This document shows positions 26,588 to 39,439 of a stretch of DNA of 64,000 nt, in pieces. The position numbers and the translations under genes were made by a program. Location: the NCBI GenBank assembly GCA_032718475.1, contig JAUCBJ010006039.1:1-64000 (forward strand). Direction: 5' to 3'. The number at the start of each line of letters is the position of its first letter. The first letter of the stretch is position 1. This DNA comes from Nemertoderma westbladi. Lineage: Eukaryota; Animalia; Xenacoelomorpha. The notes beneath the pieces were generated by a model. The model worked only from the letters and a program-made list of their open reading frames with translations, searched no databases and had not been told where the DNA came from.

Positions 26588-28545
26588 GGGGCCCTTTCGA
26601 TTACATGTAATACACAGTTTTATATTGGGGCCCTTTCGATTACATATAATCTACAGTTTTATATTGGGGCCCTTTCGATTACATGTAATACACAGTTTTA
26701 TATTGGGGCCCTTTCGATTACATATCATCTACAGTTTTATATTGGGTCCCTTTCGATTACATATAATCTACAGTTTTATATTGGGGCCCTTTCGATTACA
26801 TATAATCTACAGTTTTATATTGGGGCCCTTTCGATTACATATAATCGACAGTTTTATATTGGGGCCCTTTCGATTACATATAATCTACAGTTTTATATTG
26901 GGGCCCTTTCGATTACATGTAATACACAGTTTTATATTGGGGCCCTTTCGATTACATGTAATACACAGTTTTATATTGGGGCCCTTTCGATTACATGTAA
27001 TACACAGTTTTATATTGGGGCCCTTTCGATTACATATAATCTACAGTTTTATATTGGGGCCCTTTCGATTACATATAATCTACAGTTTTATATTGGGGCC
27101 CTTTCGATTACATATAATCTACAGTTTTATATTGGGGCCCTTTCGATTACATGTAATGCACAGTTTTATATTGGGGCCTCTTCGATTACATGTAATACAC
27201 AGTTTTATATTGGGGCCCTTTCGATTACATGTAATACACAGTTTTATATTGGGGCCCTTTCGATTACATATAATCTACAGTTTTATATTGGGGCCCTTTC
27301 GATTACATATAATCTACAGTTTTATATTGGGGCCCTTTCGATTACATATAATCTACAGTTTTATATTGGGGCCCTTTCGATTACATATAATCTACAGTTT
27401 TATATTGGGGCCCTTTCGATTACATGTAATACACAGTTTTATATTGGGGCCTCTTCGATTACATGTAATACACAGTTTTATATTGGGGCCCTTTCGATTA
27501 CATGTAATACACAGTTTTATATTGGGGCCCTTTCGATTACATATAATCTACAGTTTTATATTGGGGCCCTTTCGATTACATATAATCTACAGTTTTATAT
27601 TGGGGCCCTTTCGATTACATGTAATACACAGTTTTATATTGGGGCCTCTTCGATTACATGTAATACACACTTTTATATTGGGGCCCTTTCGATTACATGT
27701 AATACACAGTTTTATATTGGGGCCCTTTCGATTACATATAATCTACAGTTTTATATTGGGGCCCTTTCGATTACATATAATCTACAGTTTTATATTGGGG
27801 CCCTTTCGATTACATATAATCTACAGTTTTATATTGGGGCCCTTTCGATTACATATAATCTACAGTTTTATATTGGGGCCCTTTCGATTACATATAATCT
27901 ACAGTTTTATATCGGGGCCCTTTCGATTACATATAATCTACAGTTTTATATTGGGGCCCTTTCGATTACATGTAATACAGTTTTATATTGGGGCCCTTTC
28001 GATTACATGTAATACACAGTTTTATATTGGGGCCCTTTCGATTACATGTAATACACAGTTTTATATTGGGGCCCTTTCGATTACATGTAATACACAGTTT
28101 TATATTGGGGCCCTTTCGATTACATGTAATACACAGTTTTATATCGGGGCCCTTTCGATTACATATAATCTACAGTTTTATATTGGGGCCCTTTCGATTA
28201 CATATAATCTACAGTTTTATATTGGGGCCCTTTCGATTACATATAATCTACAGTTTTATATTGGGGCCCTTTCGATTACATATAATCTACAGTTTTATAT
28301 TGGGGCCCTTTCGATTACATGTAATACACAGTTTTATATTGGGGCCCTTTCGATTACATGTAATCTACAGTTTTATATTGGGGCCCTTTCGATTACATGT
28401 AATCTACAGTTTTATATTGGGGCCCTTTCGATTACATGTAATACACAGTTTTATATTGGGGCCCTTTCGATTACATGTAATACACAGTTTTATATTGGGG
28501 CCCTTTCGATTACATATAATCTACAGTTTTATATTGGGGCCCTTT
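26588..28545. repeat. 39-bp satellite array, right part (about 50 units)
   Basis: Same unit and variants as 5968-14903; resumes in register after the TSD. Confidence 0.97.
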
Positions 28546-29949
28546 TGACACATGAAATTGACATCTTACAGTAGATCAACAACACAGAAAAGTCCTTCGT
28601 AGTCTTATAGGTTGCCAACTATTTCAGCAATGACGCACTCTAAACAAATGTGTTACTAAACAAATCAACTATGAACCGCTCTGCACTTCGCGTATATGCC
28701 GTATGTATCGAATTTATTCCTAACATACAGTAACATTGCAAACATGGAAACATGTCTGAGTGAGTCTCCTACAGTACGTAATGTTAACAATAAGCGCTTC
28801 GTAGGTCTATCATCTGCACATGAGTCTGAACACGAACTTTCCCAATCCCAACCCTTTAATCGATGGCCACAATCTAATTTAGGATAATAACCTTCCTTAG
28901 CCTACTACAGGAGGTGAGGAATTGTAAATCGATAATAATCAAATCATATAATCTAAAATTAAACTGTCGATAATCAACATTAATTAATGTTAAACGGTTG
29001 TTGGCGTTAGGCTTACAGAAAAGACGACAGCTATTAATTTGATATATTAATATTGTAATAAAAACAAATATAATTAACACGATGTATATTAGACGTCTCA
29101 ATGTGAATTGTCTCCAAAATGAACAGCGAGAAAAGTGAATATATGAGATACACAGTAACTGACTGCACATTGTAAGTTGCAATGGGATAGGATTGTTAGC
29201 TGGCCAACCCTGTTTGAATTGTAAATGAGAGCCTCTGTTGTTTAATTATATGAATCTGTGATTGGAGCGCTTTATGCACTCAATGGCTGCGAGAATGTAG
29301 CAATACATCATCGGTGTTTCATTGATACCTTGAGTTTTGTTACCCCCTACAGTATGGCTGCCGCCCTACAGGCGCTCATTTGAAGCTTTCATCCTAAACA
29401 TAGAAATAGTGATGTAAAGTTTAGACGCCCTTCCTGGTTGTACCCCTAAACATTTATCCGATAAAACATGGTCGGATGTTGTGAACTGATTTATGGACTT
29501 GTCGACTACACGCGTTCTTAATAATATACTATCAGTTCAATGGCCATCTATTATCTTTATCGAAGTATCTTTATATGTAAATTCAACCCATTTTATCTGA
29601 AATTATTTAAATGTTATTAATTGTATGGACTGCATTCCGTTCAACCAGCGTCTACCTACATACATAGAGTACTTTATTTTATGAAAATAAATGTAAGCGA
29701 AGTAAAGTTAAAAAGATACCGGTAAATGGGAAACTGTAGGAAATAGTATGTCAGTTATATCCGCGTTGTTTCTTCGTTATGTACAAGGATCGTAAACGTT
29801 GAATTTGTGCCTTTTTCACATTTTGACGTAACAATTTTTTCTTGTACGCAGCAAACCCAAACCTCGCCCGCGAGAAGCTTCGCCCGCGTCCAATCTTCGC
29901 CCGCAGAAATCTTCGCCGTTAAATGATATTGTATAAAGTTGTTCAGAAA

Positions 29950-30180
29950 TTGAAAAGATGAGAAAGCGCTCCTACGGGGGTTGAACCTAGCGCTATACGT
30001 ACACTACGTTTCGGCCTATCAAGCCTATTCAGTAGCGCTAATCTAAAGTGTTAACAAGGTTAAGTAGTAATCTCAATAAATAGGACCCAGCAGGTGGGCG
30101 GAGTGGAACTACTGTGATTGGTTCTTGTTCTTGACTAACGTTGGTAAGAACTAGCAGTAAATCTTAGATTAGCTTTTTTC
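29950..30180 (-). mobile_element. Penelope-like element pseudo-LTR remnant (boundaries approximate)
   Basis: On the minus strand, CCAATCA, CCGCCC and TATTTAT precede the hammerhead, as in PLE pseudo-LTRs. No PLE ORF seen. Confidence 0.4.
29988..30040 (-). ncRNA. Type I hammerhead ribozyme of the Penelope-like minimal type, probably core-mutated
   Basis: The minus strand reads TAGCGCTA-CTGAATA-GGCTT GAT AGGCC-GAA-ACGTA GTG TACGT-A-TAGCGCTA: palindromic stem I, stem II, GAAA, stem III and a GUA cleavage triplet. The core is CUGAAUA rather than CUGANGA. Confidence 0.65.
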
Positions 30181-33108
30181 AGTTCACATGTTTATAATCA
30201 TACTGTAAACACAAAATGATTCAATTATTCCTTTTTGCAGTATACCGGATGGGTGCTAGCGAGGTAGGCCTAGCAGGTCTTTAGTCTGTCACCCTACACG
30301 GCTACACGTTGGGTCTTTACTCTATCATGTGCGTAGTGCGTGCATCTATATGATGCAGACCATCCCGAGCCCGTGAACATGAACTGAATAGGCTATCTCG
30401 AGGCTGATTTTTTACACATTTACTTGATACTTGCATGAATGCGTATTTGATGTAAAATTTCGTTATTCTGCAGTTGTTTTGTTATCGGCCAAATTACTGG
30501 TCAGCAAGCAGGAAATTATAACAGCAGTTGCATCATCGTACCCACTCTATTCTAACTGACACTTTGCAGAAGAAATTCTACCTGACTATAGGCTGCGTGT
30601 TGGGAGGACGCCGACTAGTTTGCGGTTCTTCAGTCTGCCACTAGGAGGCGAAATGTCTGAAGTGAAAATCTTATCCTATTTTGTTATTAATAATGATTTT
30701 TAGCTGATACTTAGGTCCTTTACACAATAAGTTTATAATGTTTTTTTTGCTGATACCAAGCAGAGTATACTACACCGTAGTCAGTGCCGGATTAACCTTA
30801 AGGCATCTAAGGGCCTTAGGGCCAGCGGAAAATACGGGCCATTTTTTCTCAGCGAGTCATTACTGTGAAAAAAAATATTTTTATCTGAAAAGTCCACATT
30901 TTTTCTCACTAAAATTTCTAGAAAACAGAGCAAGAAAGTGTATCTTTCGACTACTTTCTATCCCTAAATTTGTGATAGAAAGTGCAAAATTCTAGCTCAG
31001 TCGACCAACAGGTGCTGTGTTATTAGTTCGAGACCTGATGGCAGGAAAATGCTAATTACTGAACTATGAACATTGGAGAATTTAATTTTATTTATTCGTG
31101 GGGAATTAATTGTAGTTATACTCTTAAACTTTATAGAACAACCAAATAATGACGTGGTGACATGGAAATACTGTACATAGTAAATGTATGGCGTGGAGAT
31201 ATGGTAGTGCGAAATTAATTTTTTTTACCGGAAACGAGTTTTATAAATATAGGCCCTAATAGATAAAAAAAAATGATAAAATAGTTGTTGATAAAAAAAA
31301 AAACGTGTCAAAAATAACTTCTTGTCACTACTGTAATTTAATTTAACCGAAATTCAGATGTTCTGCCCTCGTGTATTGCATTTTGCATTATTGCATTCGA
31401 TGGCATTTTAGGTGCAATTCCTGCAAAACCGAAAACTCTCGGACAGCATAATTTAATTTGGTAAATTAAAATTAGTGACAAAAAGTGCTCATTTCCGAGA
31501 CTGTTCTCTATCGAAGAACATTACTTTCTCAGCAAGTCCAAATATAGATCAGAAATATTATATCTTTGCACTAAGCCCCACACTTTTGGTGTGTTATATT
31601 TCCAAGCAAGTCCTGTAATGATAAGTATACAGTATACCCTGCGAAACCTACCCTACTGTACAGCAAATAAATAATACATTCCCACGATCCGATCAAAATT
31701 GCTAAATGCTTAAGGGGGCCAACAATAACCCCCGCAGAAATGAAATTTACGAAAATTTACACAATTTTTTGTAGTTTGATAGAAGGGCTTTCATAAGGTG
31801 ATAACGGTTTTCAACATTGAATTATTTTTGACCTCAAAACTGCTCTTTTCAACAACATAATAATATTGCGGATATTTATGACTCTCTGTATAACACAACC
31901 TTTTTATCAGTTTGTCGATTTTGACTTTTTTCCTCACTAAATTCCCTACTACTTTTTTATTTTTTACTCAATTTCCATCAAACCTATACCAAAATGTTCA
32001 GCAGCTTTAGGACTACAATCGTTGGTTTTGTAAAACATGGCTGGCCGTTTGAATCTTCTAGAACCGATTTTGTAACTGCTACACTTTGTCTATCACAAAA
32101 TATTTGATTCCCAAAATATAGCCCGGAAATACTAAAACCCCCATAAATTTTTCAAAAACAATAATTTTGTGCTAAAATTTTCATAGAAGATGGCCTACAT
32201 ATCTAGGTCCATTTTAGCAAAGTCTTGGACCAAGAACTTCAATGCAGGTGGTATTACAGATCCTTAAACATGAGCTAATTTACATATACTGTAATTGTCT
32301 CAAAATTTATACAAATTTTGAAAAAAACCGACCTGTTCAAAAAGTGCCATATTTTTCGAAGAAACGGTTTATATCAGTTTTCATAGTATATAAAAGATAA
32401 CAGATCATTGTGTTAAAGTTTCAGAATAGTAGCTTCGCCACAAAGGAGGTTAAAACTTTGTTTTCTCCATAGAGGCAGCATAGAGGAAAGTTTAACGTCG
32501 GTTGTGGCGATTTTATCATCAAATTATTTGAACTGACCCAAACTGGACCTACAGTGTATAGTATTATACTGAGAAACTGAAAGTACTTTGTACCGGTAGC
32601 GGTACCCATCTGTACCTCCTGGTACCATCGTATGTATATCAGCACATCTAGGCAGCTAGGCATGCTGACATGCAGGACATAAATTCAGGTTTTACTTAAT
32701 TAATAAATTAATTAAACATTTAAGTCAAATATTTTCTTTCCGTTTTTCTTCACAATCTTCGTAAATTGTATTTCCAGATCTTTTCGCCACACTGCCACAC
32801 AGCCACACCGTTGTTGTGATATGAATAAGTCCGATATAACTCCGTACTGCCTACTTCCCCATTTGGGTAGGTACGTTTGCGTTTGGCTGTTTGGATCCGT
32901 TTGGGTAGGGTACCGTTGGGGTTTTTAGTCCTACCGCCATATATTAAGATCGGAAATGTCGTAATGTAGCCGGTAGTGTAGCAGTGTAGCCTACAGCAGT
33001 ACATTACAGTACAGCTACTGCCTGACTGCTGTACTGAGCTAAGTGCATAGGCAGATAGGTACTGGTACTACTGGTACACTGGTACAGGCTCCTGGGCTTA
33101 TGTATTTA

Positions 33109-34361
33109 CCTATCCCGATCGGGATATATGAATATATCCCGATCGGGATATTTACATATCCCGATCGGGATATAGGGCCTATTCATCCTTTCCAAAAGGC
33201 GACCTAAACTATAAAAAAGCGACCCAAACAGCCAAATGGCGCCATTCAGGCATTCAGCAGATACCGGTAGATCAGAAAAAATCTGAAAATGGGGTATATT
33301 CGTTTGTGCCCCGCAAAGTGGTGTCAGGGCTTTCAAAATATATTGCAGAGTGAAAATCATATAGGCCTATTTTGTAAATATCCCGATCGGGATATATATT
33401 GTGGTCAGGCTGTCAGGTGGTAGGCTAATCATGAGACATGAGCAGATCAGCAGATGAGATGATTGTATTTTTTTGTATTTATAATGTATAAGTGTACCAT
33501 TACTGGATTAGGAGGGCAGCTGGGTAGAGGGTGTGTGTAACTACTACCAGACAGCCAGAACCAGACTACAAACAGACAGACAGAGAATACTGCAGTTTAG
33601 TGTGTAGTGCCGGGCCGGTACTGTATCTGCGGTAGGCAGATACTACCTGACTACTGTACTATGAAATCTCAACAGTTTGTTACAGTATCCCATATAGGCT
33701 ACATCGCGAAGGTCTCTTAAATGTTTCAACAGATTGTTTCAGTATTAAACGTGCTGCACGAAGGTCTCTTAAACGTTTGAACAGATTGTTTCAGTATCTC
33801 ACATACTGACATACTGCGCCCAAAGGTCCCTTACGTTTCAATAGATTGTTTCAGTATCCAACGCTGCAACGTGCTGCATGAAGGTCTCTTAAACGTTTCA
33901 ATAGATTGTTTGGTTTCAGTATCCAAATCCAATGTGCTGCATGAAGGTCTCTTAAACGTTTCACCAGATTGTTCTCTCTTACACATTTCAACGAATTGTT
34001 TCAGTACCGGTATCCCATATACTGCATACTTGGGAGAAGGTATCTTAAATGTTTGTTACGGTACCCTACCCAGGTACCCCACGTACAGACGTATGTGCTG
34101 CATGAAGGTATCTTAATTTTCTTATATTTTCTTCACGTTTTTTTAGGTGGATTTAGTTGGTTAGCAGTGCAGACTTCACTTCACATTCTAATAATAGTCC
34201 TATTTATTGACATTCTAGTTTTCCAAATATACTGTAGTTTTACATAGTAGAGTAGAATATACAGTAGTAAATGACAGTTATGTTATATCCCGATCGGGAT
34301 ATATTACCTTATAAGGGTATATCCCGATCGGGATATATTTATATATCCCGATCGGGATAGG
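33109..34361. mobile_element. Non-autonomous TIR element whose ends are built from the palindrome ATATCCCGATCGGGATAT
   Basis: About 45-bp inverted ends (CCTATCCCGATCGGGATATAT(G/A)AATATATCCCGATCGGGATAT); seven palindrome copies; degenerate ~55-bp internal repeats at about 33700-34110. TSD not resolved. Confidence 0.55.
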
Positions 34362-34779
34362 GAACCCTACTGACTGCAGAACTGTCAGACGATGGACGAG
34401 GATAGGACGATAAACTGAAATATCTTTTAACAGTTTAAGTTCTGAAGTTCCATCAATTTAATGAAACAATATTTTCGCCTCCGTTTTCAGTTTTTATATT
34501 TTATATTTTCCGTGCATATATTATATACTGTCAGACTGAGGCCTATTTATGTTACTAATTTTAGATAGGGCCCTATATCTTTTTAAATAGGCCTATGCTA
34601 GTAAGAGTAACTATTTTTAGATATTCATTTTAAATATTTTTAGATAAGCTTGTTCAGTTGTTAGCCTAACAAGCTTTTAGGCCTAGCGCCTAGGCCTATG
34701 GCTTGGGGAGGGGGGGATTAACATAACTCTTAATTATTTTTTGCGTTAAATTTCAGTTGTAATTATATATTTGCTCTAT

Positions 34780-35606
34780 TTGCTGCTTTATTTCATTTAT
34801 TTTTTAAATTACATACTACGGTCTACCATATTTTAATCCGTAATGTTTTATTACGTCATAACTATTGTTTTTTTTTTCTTATTTTCTTTTTACCTAAGTT
34901 TTACATATCTCGATTTTACGACCTATTCGAGCTGCTTTATTTTTAAATTACGGTCTACCATACTTTATTCCTTGTGTGTGTATCTCTGTACTTCATAACT
35001 ATTGCTATATTTACTGCCTATGTTTTACATAACTCGATTTTATGACATATTTGCTGCTTTATTTTTAAATTCTTTCTGTTATATTTTTAAATTTTTAACT
35101 GAACTACGGTCTACCAGATTTTAATTATTTGCTCTGTTATATTTCTATCTGCACCAGAACTTATATTTTTTATTTTTTTTATTTTTTTAAATTATGTACT
35201 ATGTCTTCCATATTTTATTTCTTTGTGTCAGTCGGAACATCATAAATATTGCTATATCTATAACTTAATTTTTTAGTGTTTTCCATATTTCGAATTGCTG
35301 TTATATTTTTTAATTACGTAGGTACTGTACTATGGTCTACCATATTTTATTTAGTTGCATGTTAAACTGCACGTGATTCCTGTTTAATTCCGTTTAATTT
35401 AAAGGGACCTCCATGGAAACGAGGTATAACCTCATGGGGCTATCCCTAACATTGTACTGTACTATAATTTAATATTATGTTGGTTGCATTATTTTTAAAA
35501 CAGACAATCTCCATATATACCGGTTTTTAATATGCTGTTTGCTGTTTATGTTATGTTATTGTTATGTACGATGTTAATAAAAAACTTCAACTTCAACTTC
35601 AACTTC
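34780..35606 (+). mobile_element. Probable CR1/L2-type LINE 3' UTR fragment
   Basis: T-rich degenerate repeats (TTTTAAATT...TACGGTCTACCATATTTT), a GGGACC...TCCC stem at about 35403-35446, then AATAAA and an (AACTTC)n tail. Confidence 0.4.
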
Positions 35607-37414
35607 TACTATTTTTTAGTTTATTGTGTTTTTTTTTCACCTGTCAGTTAGGGACCATCCTTATTTAAGCAATAAAAATTATTGCATAACGTTATTGCCA
35701 CGCCTGCACACGATTTTTCGTGCGCACAATTTTTCAGCCGCGCAATATTGGACAATGACAATAAATATACCGCGCCACATACAGACATATACAATACACC
35801 ACATTTTAACAATGTAAATGAAAAACATATGCGAGCGAAGCGGCACAATTTTTTCATTAACAATGCAAAACAGCAAAATGAAAAAGAAACGCGAGCAAAA
35901 CTCAAAGTGAGCGAAATTTAGACATTTGAACAATCTGACAATGGAAAATGCAAAGAAACTGGAGCGAAGCGAGCGAAATTTTTTGTGGTAAATTATTTTT
36001 CTCACTTTGCAACATTGCATGCACGTAAACTTTTTTACACCTCATCCGCTTGTTCGCGCGCGCACTTTATGACTTTTGATCTTTTTTTGCATACATTACT
36101 ACGCACTTTTGTTGTCTTTCACACAATTTCGCGCACTTTTATTTCAATTCCATGCGCTTTTACCCCGCACTATTTCAAATATGCGCACAACAACGCCTTG
36201 CGATTTTTGCATTTCATTTGCCTGTTTGCAGCCTGGCTTAGCACTTCACGTCCTGGAGCTGGAACTTTTAGTTGTAGAACTGTTGTCCGGTTCCAATCTA
36301 CCAACCCCTTGGTCAATTTAGTATGATTTGGGTGTTTAGACGGACCGATTCACCGACGCCTCTCTGCCTCTATAGCAAAATTCGGCGTCGCCTCAACAAC
36401 CGCAGAACCGAGAAGCTACCGGTATAGGCCTATGGAGTTTTCATCTCTAGACGCTAGACCATACTGCCATACAGACAACAGATACCGGTACAACAGTACA
36501 AGCAGTCAAGGGGGTAAACTAGTGAAAAATTGTGAAACTAAAAAAGGTCGAAGGTAGGAGAAAATTCTAAGAATCTTTGTCAGTTTGTGGAGCTCGATTT
36601 TTTAATTTCGACTTCGTAAGCCCGGTAGGCATGAAAATGCGGGTGCGATGCGCGTAAATAATTTTAGTTGTTTTCCTGGGCTTCGTTGACCAACTTCAAC
36701 ACTTTCAATCGAAATTTCCCTCTTCAGAAAGTTTCTAATGTCAATGAGTTTCGAATTCGTCAAAACAAATCGGGTCGGGGGTCGTACCGTCCGTTTTCAC
36801 GCTATCTCATAAAACGCTTATTTCGCATCATTCGACAAGAATCGCCATACGGAAACGCGAATACCGTAGCGTAGCTCGGCCTCACCCGCACGTTCACCTA
36901 CGGCTGTACTGTCTGACTGTACGGAATACAGATACGATACTTTCATTGTTGGGTAGAGGACAGGAGAAAGAGCTCTAGAAGAACTAGCGTAGGTACCCGT
37001 CTGCCCAGTACCAGATTTCATCGAAATCCGAGGAAAAAATGTTATGGTAATGTTATGCCTATAGTATCATAGCCATAATACTAATACCGGACCAGACCGG
37101 CAGACCGGTGCTGTAATAGAGTAATTATTGATATAAATCTACATATTGAACTACCGGTAGTATATACAATAGAATCACTAATATACCTACAGTATGTACT
37201 GTAGTAGGCTTAAACAATATAGGTTTTATATAGCATACCTACTTTATATAGCAATATAGATAGAGTGAACTCGAACTGCGAATATTGATTTGATATACGG
37301 TAGGCCTACTGAATACGGTACGGTAGTCTACAAGAAGAGATTCATTACATGATTGGTTCATTCATATGAAGTCGCGTCACGTTCTGTCCAAAATAATACC
37401 GGTACCGTAATAAA

Positions 37415-37496
37415 ATGACGATATATACGGGACAATTAGCAGGGAAGGAAGAGAAACCTATCGGAAAATCAGATGGTTACACAGAGCTGAAAATAG
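37415..37496 (+). CDS. ITM2: ITM2/BRI2-family gene, coding exon 1
   Basis: ATG start, MTIYTGQLAGKEEKPIGKSDGYTELKI, donor G|GTTAGT in phase 1, compatible with the next exon. Confidence 0.65.
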
Positions 37497-37546
37497 GTTA
37501 GTAATGCAGTGAGTTGCTGTACCTTGTAGTGTAGGCCTACCAGTTG

Positions 37547-39174
37547 GAGGTAGAATAAAACGTCTGTCCTTATGTGATCTGATCTGACAGCATCTGATTC
37601 TATAACCAATCAGGAGAAAGAGATACAATATTTACCTAACTGTCTGTTAGGTAAATAGCCAATAGCTAAATAGGGGATCACGTTTCAGGTTGCCTGTTAC
37701 GTATCAGTATCATCATATAAAGTAGCAGTACAGGCATACCGGTATGCATCTAATGCACAAAGGCATGTTATTATATATTAAAAATGCGATATACAGTAGG
37801 ATGAAGGATGGCGGGTATGAAAGTTGTGTGATTGTCCCAGCAAACATGGATAGTTTCAGATGTAAACAACTTTCGTAGATTTAGTTGGTGTTGAAACATT
37901 AAACTTTAAACGGTAATGATACTTATTAATATATTACATTTAAAATATTTATTGTTTGTTTGTTACGCTAAACAGCTAAAGGGAAAGCAGGAAGGGGTAT
38001 CTCTCTAGGCCTACTGTGTACTTGTGTATATGACGAAACACTTAACATGCCCCATATTGCCAGCTGATAAAGTGGAGTTTATACCCAGACGATGAAAGAA
38101 TATGGGAAGGTGGATGGGAATGTGGGAATTAATAAACACTGTTATTACCTTCCAATTGAAGGAAAAGAGCAGGTTACAGCGGTTGTAATTTCTAACCAAA
38201 ACAATAAACGATGTTGTTACCTACAAATTGAGGGAAAGGATAATATGTTACTGCGGCGGCTTGTTTACACCCACCTTCTTACTAACCGTCCGACTGACTG
38301 ATCAATAGATCACCCCCCTCAAAAAATAAAGGACATCGCGCACGCGCATAAAACACTTAATAAAGATAAATTTAATAAAAAATATCGACCAATAAAAAAT
38401 CGACCGAAAAATGAAATCCTGGTATTCTTCACATGGGCGAAGAATACCAGACTTTCTGCCGTTTTATTTCACTTTGCAGTTACCCCCATGTGAAGAATAC
38501 CAGGTTTTCACCAAAAACACAGGTTACAGAAGGGCTGAATATAACCAAAACAATAAACGAATTAGTATATGTGCAGGTTATAAGACATAAATAAGCTCTA
38601 TAATACACTCAATAAAGAAAAATAAAAAAGTAAAATCTTCAATATAAAATTCCAATAAAAGTCTACCGAAAAGTGAAATCCTGATATTCTTCACATGGGC
38701 GGTATTCTTCACAAGGACCAGCACCAAAATTTGGCACCAGCCGCTAAAAACAAATTTAAAATTTCTAGCTTATTTTATTTGAATTCCTTTTAGTTCGTTT
38801 CAGTTAGTCTTTTAGTTAGTATCGTTAGTTTCAGAGCGGGAGGTATTATATTGACCCCCCCCCCCCCCCCCCAACCGGGTTTAAGGGGAATACCGGGGAA
38901 ACTTCACATGCTGACATAGACAGAAAGTCCAGTACTCATTTAGCTACCATTTAAGGATGCAAGTCAGAGATGCCTCGCTAAACCCTTCAAAACATTCGTG
39001 CCGAAACGAAAACTACTTTTGCCCCATGCCGGGGTTGAACCCACTAACCCACAACCTCCGAGAGATGTGAATTCAATATAACCACTACACCAAGGTGCCC
39101 TCTGAACCAAGGTGGAACAAGTGTCAGATACCGTCAGATCAGATCAGATAAGGACAGACGTTTTAGCCATCCTA
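37547..39174. mobile_element. Non-autonomous MULE-like DNA transposon in intron 1
   Basis: About 50-bp imperfect TIRs (TAAAACGTCTGTCCTTAT(G/C)TGATCTGATCTGAC); 9-bp TSD TACCAGTTG at 37538-37546 and 39175-39183. Confidence 0.7.
38883..39099 (-). mobile_element. tRNA-derived SINE nested in the MULE-like element
   Basis: The minus strand has an A-box (TGGTGTAGTGG) and a B-box (GGTTCAACCCC), followed by a body containing TAAATGAGTAC. No intact cloverleaf. Confidence 0.55.
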
Positions 39175-39439
39175 TACCAGTTGCAGTTACTGGTACCAGC
39201 ACCAGGTAGATGTTCACGGGCATACAGACATAGTCAAAAAATAATTAAAAAATTGAAAATAATAAAAAAATTTACTTAGAAAATAATTAAGAAAGGAAAC
39301 ACAAATTATAATAAAAATTTAAAAACGAAAAAATTATAAATTAATTTTCAACTCTTATCACACTACAGGTGCCACTTTTTATATGGAAAACATAAGTTGT
39401 GAATGTTTTTTTTTCAATTTGGTTGAAGTCTACCCAACG

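Noticed and set aside
30384-30410. Second CTGAATAGGC hammerhead-like core on the plus strand
   Set aside because: No GAAA, stem III or stem I follows.
30782-30840. hAT-like terminus CAGTGCCGGATTAACC
   Set aside because: No matching opposite end or TSD found nearby, so the element could not be delimited.
39020-39099. tRNA gene
   Set aside because: A- and B-boxes are present but there is no good acceptor or anticodon stem, and it continues into a SINE-like body.
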